This document shows, piece after piece, positions 57,234 to 64,000 of a stretch of 64,000 nt of DNA (position 1 is its first letter; each line of letters opens with the position of its first letter). A program made the translations under genes and the position numbers. Origin of the DNA: an uncultured Candidatus Saccharibacteria bacterium (GTDB lineage Bacteria; Patescibacteriota; Saccharimonadia; Saccharimonadales; CAYUUR01). The stretch is from the NCBI GenBank assembly GCA_964448075.1, contig CAYUUR010000001.1, forward strand, positions 65,785 through 129,784. Direction: 5' to 3'. The notes beneath the pieces are model-generated. The model made no database searches. It was not told the DNA's origin and saw only the letters and a program-made list of their open reading frames with translations.

Positions 57234-58143
57234 CCAGCTGCGCCTTGCCTTCGCTATTAAACAACGATATCTTTTGCTCGACAACCTGCTGTACAGCATC
57301 AACCACGTCATCCATCAGCTTAACCACTGCGTATTCAGTTGGGTTATCCTTCAGTACTTTTTCAAGCGTCAATCGATATGCTATACGCATGTCAGAGTTG
57401 ATGTTGATTTTGGTAACGCCAGCTTCGACGGCTTCTTTGTAATAGGGTCCTGGCGTACCGCTGCCGCCGTGCAGGCTAATGTTACAACTGATTGCTTTAC
57501 GAATCTGTTTGAGAAGGTCAATATCAAGATGTTTTGGCACCGGATATTTACCGTGTAAGTTACCAATTGCTGCAGCAAAGGTATCTATACCAGTATCTTG
57601 AACAAACTGCTGAGCAGTCTCTGGGGTGCTAAACGTTTTTTTGATTTCTTGATAGTCGATCTTCTCCGTATGCAAATTTGAACTACCGGCAAAGTAGTGC
57701 ATTTCACTTTCAACCAAGGCGCCCGTAAGTCGTGCGCATGTCACAACCCGTCGTGTTGCATCTACAATTTCAGCGTCAGTGGCGTTATGATTCGCCTGAC
57801 TAATATCAATGTGGATAAACTCGTAACCGGCCTCGATGCCAGCAATTGCATCCTCAACACTTGGCGAATGATCAAGGTTGATGTACATCTCAACCCCAAA
57901 CTCTTGTTTGTAGTTATCCACCATGTCACGCACGTTCTCATGGCCAAGCGCTTCTACTTCGCCTTGGCTCACTTCTACCAGTACCGGGGCATTTTTTGCC
58001 TTCGCAGCCTGGACTACCGCCTTAAGTGTTTCTTGATTATCTAAGTTGAAGGCACCGACCGCAAATTTCTGTTTACGTGCCCGCTTCATGAGCTCGCGCG
58101 CCTGAGCAGAGTTAGCACGCATTTGTTTTAGTGATAAAGCCAT
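57226..58143 (-). CDS. fba: Class II fructose/ketose-bisphosphate aldolase
   Basis: 305 aa from MALSLKQMRANSAQ, with FNLDNQETLKAVV, the LDHSPS His site and LHGGSGTP. TACAAT lies 6 nt upstream of ATG 58143. Confidence 0.9.
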   Translation of the reverse strand: MALSLKQMRANSAQARELMKRARKQKFAVGAFNLDNQETLKAVVQAAKAKNAPVLVEVSQGEVEALGHENVRDMVDNYKQEFGVEMYINLDHSPSVEDAIAGIEAGYEFIHIDISQANHNATDAEIVDATRRVVTCARLTGALVESEMHYFAGSSNLHTEKIDYQEIKKTFSTPETAQQFVQDTGIDTFAAAIGNLHGKYPVPKHLDIDLLKQIRKAISCNISLHGGSGTPGPYYKEAVEAGVTKININSDMRIAYRLTLEKVLKDNPTEYAVVKLMDDVVDAVQQVVEQKISLFNSEGKAQLDG

Positions 58144-58219
58144 TCCAGTATTGTAACTGCTTGTGCTTGCTATTTCCACTCTTATGGCATTATTATGCAC
58201 CAGAACGAAAGGTTGAACC

Positions 58220-58573
58220 ATGAAAGAATTACTAAACACCCCGAGAGCAATCGCCTTATCACTTACACTTGGCCTGGGCGTGGCAGCCTGTAGCAGCGAA
58301 GCAAAGCCTCAAGACAGCGTCAGTAGCGCAATTGAAGCCGGTTCTAGCGACGATTTTGCCGTACATCATACCTATACAGAATCAGGTAAACGAATAACCG
58401 AGTATGACTCAACCGGTGATTTGTACAGTATCGACCCTATTGTCGCGTACTGCGATGGTGCAGATTTGGTAGAGCGTGATTTTAGGGGTGCATCATCTGA
58501 AGCTTTTGTATCGCGAACAGAAGACCACGCCGCCTGCGCAGACAGAAAACTTACTCCTGCCGACTTTGAGTAG
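58220..58573 (+). CDS. Small lipoprotein
   Basis: Signal peptide with lipobox LGVAAC (Cys24). 117 aa. SD-like GAAAGG lies upstream. Confidence 0.7.
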   Translation: MKELLNTPRAIALSLTLGLGVAACSSEAKPQDSVSSAIEAGSSDDFAVHHTYTESGKRITEYDSTGDLYSIDPIVAYCDGADLVERDFRGASSEAFVSRTEDHAACADRKLTPADFE

Positions 58574-58576
58574 ATC

Positions 58577-59548
58577 TCAACCAGCTAGATGGTGAGCAGC
58601 AAGCACGATATGCTTAGCTGTCAGACCAAAATGCTCCAGTAACTCATCTGGCGTGCCTGATTCGCCAAATCTATCACGCATACCAATACGCTTCATCGGC
58701 CGTGGACAATGCTCGCCCAGTAGTTCAGCAATTGCCCCACCAAAACCTGCATTGATCTGGGCTTCCTCAACCGTAATAACTGCTTTGGTTTTGCGCACAC
58801 TGTGCAGAATGGTATCCTCGTCGAGCGGTTTTATGGTCGGTACGTGCACAACTTCTGCTTCGATTCCCTGCGCAAACAGCATTTCTGCAGCCTTGAGTGC
58901 CTGGAAGGTCATCGAACCTGTTGAGAGGATTGTGATGTCGTTTCCAGTTGTGAGCACATACGCTTCGCCGATCTCAAAGGGTGTTTTGTCAGTTGTGAAT
59001 ATCGGAGTGGCTTCACGTGCTAACCGCAAATAAGCCGGTCGCGCATGCTCGGCGAGTGCCAACGTGGCTTTCTCGGCCTCGATGCTGTCACCCGGCGCAA
59101 TCACTACCATATTTGGAAGCGCCCGCATAAGTGCAATATCCTCGAGCATCTGATGAGTCGCGCCATCTGGACCAACTGACACACCAGCATGTGAGCCAAC
59201 GATTCGCACTGGACGGTCATTGAGACATATCGTCGTTCTAATCTGTTCCCAGTTGCGACCAGGGCTAAAAGCAGCATAGCTACTCACAAACGGTATTTTA
59301 CCCATGGCAGCCATACCTGAACCAACTGTTACAAGGTTCTGCTCTGCAACACCAATCTCAACAAAGCGATCTGGAAACTCCTGCTTGAATAAGTGCATTT
59401 GCGTCGATTCAGTCAGGTCAGCACAGGCAGCCACAACGTTTTTATGTAGCTTGCCAGCCTGCAGTAAACCGCGGCCAAAACCCTTACGAATCGGCTCAGA
59501 CTCAAAGTCGTCTTTTGCAAAATTTTTATCAACTAAATGCAGATTCAT
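58577..59548 (-). CDS. Transketolase, C-terminal (pyrimidine-binding) subunit
   Basis: 323 aa with EIGVAEQNLV and conserved Pyr/C-terminal domain blocks. The split tkt partner lies immediately upstream. Confidence 0.92.
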   Translation of the reverse strand: MNLHLVDKNFAKDDFESEPIRKGFGRGLLQAGKLHKNVVAACADLTESTQMHLFKQEFPDRFVEIGVAEQNLVTVGSGMAAMGKIPFVSSYAAFSPGRNWEQIRTTICLNDRPVRIVGSHAGVSVGPDGATHQMLEDIALMRALPNMVVIAPGDSIEAEKATLALAEHARPAYLRLAREATPIFTTDKTPFEIGEAYVLTTGNDITILSTGSMTFQALKAAEMLFAQGIEAEVVHVPTIKPLDEDTILHSVRKTKAVITVEEAQINAGFGGAIAELLGEHCPRPMKRIGMRDRFGESGTPDELLEHFGLTAKHIVLAAHHLAG

Positions 59549-60414
59549 TATTGGTGTTCACTCCTAATCTTGCCTTCAAGTGTACGGAGGTCATGAAGGG
59601 CTTTCTTGGCTTGATCATGATCTGGCGGGGCCCCGTGCCAATGAAAGTCTGATTCCATAAAGCTCACACCTTTACCCGGAATGGTGTGAGCGATTATTAT
59701 GACGGGTTTTTCTACTATGGCCTTTGCCATTGAGCAGGCATCAATAACCGCCTCCATATTATTTCCATCAATCTCAATGACATGCCAGCCAAACGACTCC
59801 CACTTGGCGCGTAGATCCTCAAGTGGCATAACTGATTCAGTGGGTCCATCAATTTGAATGTTATTGCGGTCAATAATCCCAATAACATTATTGAGCTTAT
59901 ATTTTGAGCCAAGCATAGCAGCCTCCCAGACATTGCCCTCGTCCAGCTCGCCATCACCCATTACTACGTACACCCAGCGATGTTGCTGCTCATCCATACG
60001 CATAGCCAGCGCCATACCGCAGGCCTGACTCAAGCCACAGCCTAGTGGACCGCTGGTGTTTTCTAACCCCGGTAATTTAACGCGTTCTGGATGACCCTGC
60101 AGGCGTGAGCCAAGTTTTCTAAGGGTCATGAGTTCTTTAACATCAAAATATCCTGCATGGGCCATGGTTGCATATTGCACAGGTACACAATGACCATTGC
60201 TAAGCAGCAGGATATCACGCTCATCCCAGTCGGGGTTTTTGGGGTCATGTCTCAATACATCAAAATATAGTGCTGTGAATATATCTGCTAAGCCAAGTGG
60301 ACCAGCACTGTGACCGCTTTTAGCATGTTCAAGCATCTTTATAATATCTTCGCGAATGTCGTAGGCGAGTAGCTCTAATGCCTCTATTGATCGTTTCTTC
60401 ACCGGCGCGCTCAT
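59548..60414 (-). CDS. Transketolase, N-terminal (TPP-binding) subunit
   Basis: 288 aa with SGHSAGPLG and the GDGELDEGNVWEA TPP motif. 1-nt overlap with the C-terminal subunit gene. Confidence 0.92.
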   Translation of the reverse strand: MSAPVKKRSIEALELLAYDIREDIIKMLEHAKSGHSAGPLGLADIFTALYFDVLRHDPKNPDWDERDILLLSNGHCVPVQYATMAHAGYFDVKELMTLRKLGSRLQGHPERVKLPGLENTSGPLGCGLSQACGMALAMRMDEQQHRWVYVVMGDGELDEGNVWEAAMLGSKYKLNNVIGIIDRNNIQIDGPTESVMPLEDLRAKWESFGWHVIEIDGNNMEAVIDACSMAKAIVEKPVIIIAHTIPGKGVSFMESDFHWHGAPPDHDQAKKALHDLRTLEGKIRSEHQ

Positions 60415-61043
60415 GACTGAACCTCGCCAAGTAATAGCCCAAACGCGGCAGCTGGATCACTAGCGTGCTGAATGAACCCTCCCACATTGAGAACGTCCAC
60501 GCCACCACGTGCCAATTCTGCAGCGTTGTCCTTGTTTACTCCGCCGTCCCAGCCAATTTCAAGCGATGGTTTCATTTTTTTCAGGTGTGGTACTTTCTCG
60601 AGCAACGTCAGATTAGCGCGACCGCCAAAGTTGCCCAAATCACCACTGAATAAAAGTACATGATCAATCACATCAATCGACGGCGCAATCATTTCGGGCG
60701 GCGTCTTGGGTAGTAAAGCAATACCCACCTTGATATGCGCTTCGTGTAACGCTGTGGCTAATTCGATAAAGTTACCCTCTGCTTCAGCATGAAGAATTAC
60801 CATACTCGGATTACTCTTAATAAGCGCATCGAGATGTTCTGCGGGCTTCTGGAACATGACATGAATGTCCACGCCGACATTGCGGGGCCACCAGAGCTGT
60901 GCTGGTTGGACGGTAACAACTGGAGCAAACTCACCATCTGCGATATCAATTTGGATACGTTGCGCAAAGGAACCGATTCGCTCCATTTGTTCACGATATT
61001 CGTGCGGCTCTCTCGCCAGTACAGTAGGACAAATAACTGCCAT
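60411..61043 (-). CDS. rpe: Ribulose-phosphate 3-epimerase family protein (divergent)
   Basis: MAVICPTVLA N-terminus typical of RPE, a (beta/alpha)8 pattern with DIADGEF and HVM/HAE His sites. Start set to ATG 61043, 4 nt after the rpiB stop. Confidence 0.75.
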   Translation of the reverse strand: MAVICPTVLAREPHEYREQMERIGSFAQRIQIDIADGEFAPVVTVQPAQLWWPRNVGVDIHVMFQKPAEHLDALIKSNPSMVILHAEAEGNFIELATALHEAHIKVGIALLPKTPPEMIAPSIDVIDHVLLFSGDLGNFGGRANLTLLEKVPHLKKMKPSLEIGWDGGVNKDNAAELARGGVDVLNVGGFIQHASDPAAAFGLLLGEVQS

Positions 61044-61047
61044 AAGC

Positions 61048-61497
61048 TTAGTGTAACTCATCCAGTTGCTTGACTCTACGAACAAACCGTTCTGACCGTG
61101 CGAAAGGTGTTTTTAGCCAAATATCCACAATATCCTGAACCAGTCTCTTATCCTTCAATTCATGCGATGGCAGACATAGTACGTTACTATCGTCATCGTT
61201 ACGTGAGGCGCGAGCCTCAGATTCGTTCCAGACAAGGCTCGCCCGAATACCACGGAAACGATTAGCCGCCATCACCATACCTTGTCCACTCCCACATATC
61301 AAAATACCGCGTGGCTCTGACTCGTCACTGCCTAGCATAGCGGTCACGACTTTTGCCGCAAATATCGGGAAGTCATCACCAGGTTGCGGCGTCTGACCGC
61401 CCTCATCAATAACCTCATGCCCGAGGTGCGTCAGGTAAGTTTCTATATGCTCTTTGAGCGCAAACCCGTTATGATCCGCACCAATAAATATCTTCAC
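61048..61497 (-). CDS. rpiB: Ribose-5-phosphate isomerase B
   Basis: 149 aa with MKIFIGADHNGF and ICGSGQGMVMAANR (catalytic Cys context). Confidence 0.92.
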   Translation of the reverse strand: MKIFIGADHNGFALKEHIETYLTHLGHEVIDEGGQTPQPGDDFPIFAAKVVTAMLGSDESEPRGILICGSGQGMVMAANRFRGIRASLVWNESEARASRNDDDSNVLCLPSHELKDKRLVQDIVDIWLKTPFARSERFVRRVKQLDELH

Positions 61498-61784
61498 CTT
61501 TTCTTCTCCAGATTCCGAGCGTTATGCGCACGGATTAAACCCACAAAGCTAATCGCTGCGCCTATGAAAGCAATCACACCAATCCATATAGGAAGTGCAT
61601 CCCAGCCTTCCCAATACGGTGCATCACAGTGGCTTACGAAGGGTTCACCTTCCCACGAACCACAGCGAGAAAACGGAAAGAAATTAGTTGTAACCAGCAT
61701 AAAAAGCGTAAACCAGATAGTAAAGAGCGAAGTAAAGATTACTGCCCACTTTTTAACTGTAATATGCTTGCCGCTTTTCTTCAT
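61494..61784 (-). CDS. Hypothetical two-TM membrane protein
   Basis: 96 aa with two hydrophobic helices flanking a Trp/Cys-rich loop (CGSWEGEPFVSHCDAPYWEGW). 4-nt overlap with rpiB. Confidence 0.55.
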   Translation of the reverse strand: MKKSGKHITVKKWAVIFTSLFTIWFTLFMLVTTNFFPFSRCGSWEGEPFVSHCDAPYWEGWDALPIWIGVIAFIGAAISFVGLIRAHNARNLEKKR

Positions 61785-61795
61785 AATACTCCAAT

Positions 61796-62809
61796 CTACT
61801 TGTGCAGTAAACGACCCGTGTCGGCGACGACCTCCACCAGTCGATTACTGTATCCCCATTCATTATCGTACCAAACCACTACCTTAACGAGGTTGCCTGC
61901 GACGACATTTGTAAGTAACAGATCAACAATCCCAGAGTGACTGTTGCCGATGTAGTCACTGCTCACCAGCGGCTCTTCACTAACATCAAGTATCCCTTGG
62001 TAATATGGCTCTTTGACGGACTTTTTGAATAGTTTGTTTACTTCCTCAATCGTAACGTCTTTTTTGAGAAGCATGGTAACGTCACTCAGTGAAACCACTG
62101 GCGTCGGCACGCGCACGCTCATACCATCAAATTTACCTTTGAGTTGCGGGACTGTAAGCGCTACCGCAACAGCCGCGCCAGTTGTGGTTGGAACGATGTT
62201 TTCTGCCGCAGCACGTGACTCCCGCATATCTTTAGCTGGGCCATCTTGCAGCACTTGACTGGCTGTGTAGCTATGAACGGTAGTTAGCATGGCTTTTTGC
62301 ACGCCAAATGCTGCGTCCATGATAGACATTACTGCCGCCAATGAATTCGTCGTACAACTCGCATTACTAATAATGTCAGTTGCCTTTTCGAGCTTGTCGT
62401 CATTGGCACCCATCACCAGCGTGTCGATGTCTTCACTCTTGGTTGGGCCAGAAATGACCACTTTCTTAGCGCCAGCCTTGATATGTAGCTCGGCGTCTTC
62501 TTTCTTAGTGAAGCGACCAGTAGATTCAATCACAACGTCTACTTTGAGCGTCACCCATGGCAACAGACTTGGGTCTTTCTCTGCAGTAACTGGTATCTTT
62601 TTACCAGCAACTATCAAATGTGATTCATCAAAAGTAACTTCTTGGTCGTATAGGCCGTAAGTACTATCGTGTTTGAGCAAGTATGCCAGTGACTCAGTAT
62701 TGGTGAGATCATTGATTGCTACAATTTCAATATCAGTTCGTGCAAAAGCTATCTTGAAAGCATTTCTACCAATGCGACCAAAGCCGTTTATTGCCACGCG
62801 TGTTTTCAT
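61796..62809 (-). CDS. gap: Type I glyceraldehyde-3-phosphate dehydrogenase
   Basis: 337 aa with INGFGRIGR and SNASCTTNSL (catalytic Cys). TGcTACAAT promoter, then a 28-nt leader with GAGGGGG. Confidence 0.96.
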   Translation of the reverse strand: MKTRVAINGFGRIGRNAFKIAFARTDIEIVAINDLTNTESLAYLLKHDSTYGLYDQEVTFDESHLIVAGKKIPVTAEKDPSLLPWVTLKVDVVIESTGRFTKKEDAELHIKAGAKKVVISGPTKSEDIDTLVMGANDDKLEKATDIISNASCTTNSLAAVMSIMDAAFGVQKAMLTTVHSYTASQVLQDGPAKDMRESRAAAENIVPTTTGAAVAVALTVPQLKGKFDGMSVRVPTPVVSLSDVTMLLKKDVTIEEVNKLFKKSVKEPYYQGILDVSEEPLVSSDYIGNSHSGIVDLLLTNVVAGNLVKVVVWYDNEWGYSNRLVEVVADTGRLLHK

Positions 62810-62868
62810 TTTTGATTCCCCCTCTATTTCTTGGGGTATTGTAGCATAAACGCTTGTGCTTGTATCAA

Positions 62869-63390
62869 CTACTTAGCGTTATTGATCGAGGTTTCAATGA
62901 CTTTGATTGCGTCCTCTGGACCGCCCCAACCGTTAAACTCAACCGGGGTACCCTGCCAGTTCTTTTTCCAAGCTTTGTACTGCTTATAGAAATGTTCCAT
63001 CATCGGCTTAAAGTTCTCTCCCAGATCATCAACATGCTTAATATGTGCTTTTGTAACATCATCATTGGCAACACAGACTAACTTTTCATCACCCTCGCCG
63101 TCATCAACCATATAAAGTACACCTATTGGACGACATCGAACTACTACACCATGCGGCACTGGTTCATCAATTATTAACAAAGCGTCGAGTGGATCACCAT
63201 CATCACATAGTGTATCTGGTATGTATCCGTAATCTGCCGGGTAGCCGAGACTTGCAGTACCGTTCACGCGATCAAGAAATATACGACCGGTCTTTTTATC
63301 GAGTTCGTATTTGTTTACATTACCCTTTTGAATCTCAATAACAACATTTACTACTTTCGGCGCGTTTTCACCGTAACTTACATCTGTCAT
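62869..63390 (-). CDS. ppa: Inorganic pyrophosphatase (family I)
   Basis: 173 aa from MTDVSYGENAPKVVNVVIEI, with DGDPLDALLI and YMVDDGEGDEK. AGGAG SD. Start moved from 63438. Confidence 0.93.
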   Translation of the reverse strand: MTDVSYGENAPKVVNVVIEIQKGNVNKYELDKKTGRIFLDRVNGTASLGYPADYGYIPDTLCDDGDPLDALLIIDEPVPHGVVVRCRPIGVLYMVDDGEGDEKLVCVANDDVTKAHIKHVDDLGENFKPMMEHFYKQYKAWKKNWQGTPVEFNGWGGPEDAIKVIETSINNAK

Positions 63391-63444
63391 GTTTTCTCCT
63401 TTTGCTATTGCCCTAGTATACTGGAGACAGGAACACAATTACAA

Positions 63445-64000
63445 ATGACACAGATTATTGGCCACAGAGGTGCAGCCGGCCTTGCCACAGAAAACACGAT
63501 TGCCAGCTTTGTTGCCGCACAGGCAGCAGGCGTAGACGTACTAGAGTTTGACCTGCGCCGCACAAAAGACCAGCAGATTGTCGTTAATCACGATAAGTCG
63601 TTGCTGCGTGTGTTTGGTATTGATATGAACATCTCTGAGCATAGTTTGAAAGAGCTCCAACAGGCCTGCCCAGAACTTGCCACATTCAGTGAAATCATTA
63701 AGGCGTGCGGTCGAACAAACATGGTGATTGAGTTGAAAGAGCCCATCTCTTCCGCCGAACTCAAAAAGTTGCTTGCAGACACCCCCACCCAGCAATACGC
63801 ATTTGCCTCATTCAAGCCAGAAGCCATCGATAGACTAGACGGCGAGTTTCCTGATACGCCACGGAGCCTTTTATCATTCCTCTTCCCATGCTGGCGCGCC
63901 CATCAGGCAAAGAGAATGAAGCTGCAAGGTATCGGTGTGTACTATCTGTTCCTTAATCCATTCATCTATTGGCTTGCGAGTCGCTACAAACTTAACCTGT
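63445..64000 (+). CDS. Glycerophosphodiester phosphodiesterase family protein (partial, runs off right edge)
   Basis: My translation gives MTQIIGHRGAAGLATENTIASF...LEFDLRRTKDQQIVVNHD, the GDPD signature. There is no stop before position 64000, so it is absent from the ORF track. Confidence 0.8.
   Translation, partial: MTQIIGHRGAAGLATENTIASFVAAQAAGVDVLEFDLRRTKDQQIVVNHDKSLLRVFGIDMNISEHSLKELQQACPELATFSEIIKACGRTNMVIELKEPISSAELKKLLADTPTQQYAFASFKPEAIDRLDGEFPDTPRSLLSFLFPCWRAHQAKRMKLQGIGVYYLFLNPFIYWLASRYKLNL

Noticed and set aside
1-64000. Alternative genetic code (UGA recoding, as in some CPR lineages), inteins in large proteins, prophage, defence islands and rRNA operons.
   Set aside because: Conserved genes translate full-length under the standard code, and several end at TGA. 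DnaE, RpoB/C, RadA, ClpC, RecG and UvrB have normal lengths and contiguous motifs. I recognised no integrase, transposase, restriction-modification, Cas, toxin-antitoxin or phage structural genes, and no rRNA-like sequence.

Overview
This is a very dense, almost entirely housekeeping window from a small, compact bacterial genome. Gene content and compactness suggest a reduced Patescibacteria/CPR lineage such as Saccharibacteria, but that is inference only. I call 59 protein-coding genes, 1 frameshifted small gene and 1 tRNA-Leu(UAG). I saw no rRNA, CRISPR array, transposase, integrase or phage genes, and TGA behaves as a stop (standard code).

Recognisable blocks:
- rpsL / rpoC / rpoB
- tig and clpP
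- hisS, recG, tyrS, PBP1A, radA, clpC, nusA and pepN
- rplS-rnhB-yraN
- malic enzyme, an orphan pilB-type ATPase, dnaE and galU
- gatC-gatA-X-gatB
- uvrB
- a sugar-phosphate supercluster: pfkB kinase, class II aldolase, split transketolase, rpe, rpiB, gap, ppa

I did not find a convincing self-contained novel system such as a defence island. The noteworthy signals are mostly regulatory or architectural:
1. Near-consensus CIRCE (HrcA) operators sit on the -35 regions of both the clpP and clpC promoters.
2. A TGnTAnnnT extended -10 box lies 6-8 nt upstream of the start codon at about 18 transcription units. This implies widespread leaderless mRNAs and corrects many over-extended ORF starts.
3. 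Promoter, short leader and intrinsic terminator arrangements occur upstream of a LOG-like/hisS operon (with an 18-codon leaderless uORF) and upstream of nusA.
4. A small membrane-protein gene is split by a 1-nt frameshift at a GGTTTTG site.
5. Two tandem secreted or pilin-like paralogs share an 80-nt, 79/80-identical 5' module but have unrelated bodies.
6. There are two TIGR00725/LOG-like paralogs, one coupled to an unrecognisable 418-aa protein.
7. A membrane-protein gene is inserted with 4-nt overlaps inside the gatCAB operon.

All protein calls rest on motif recognition in the supplied translations. No database search was run.
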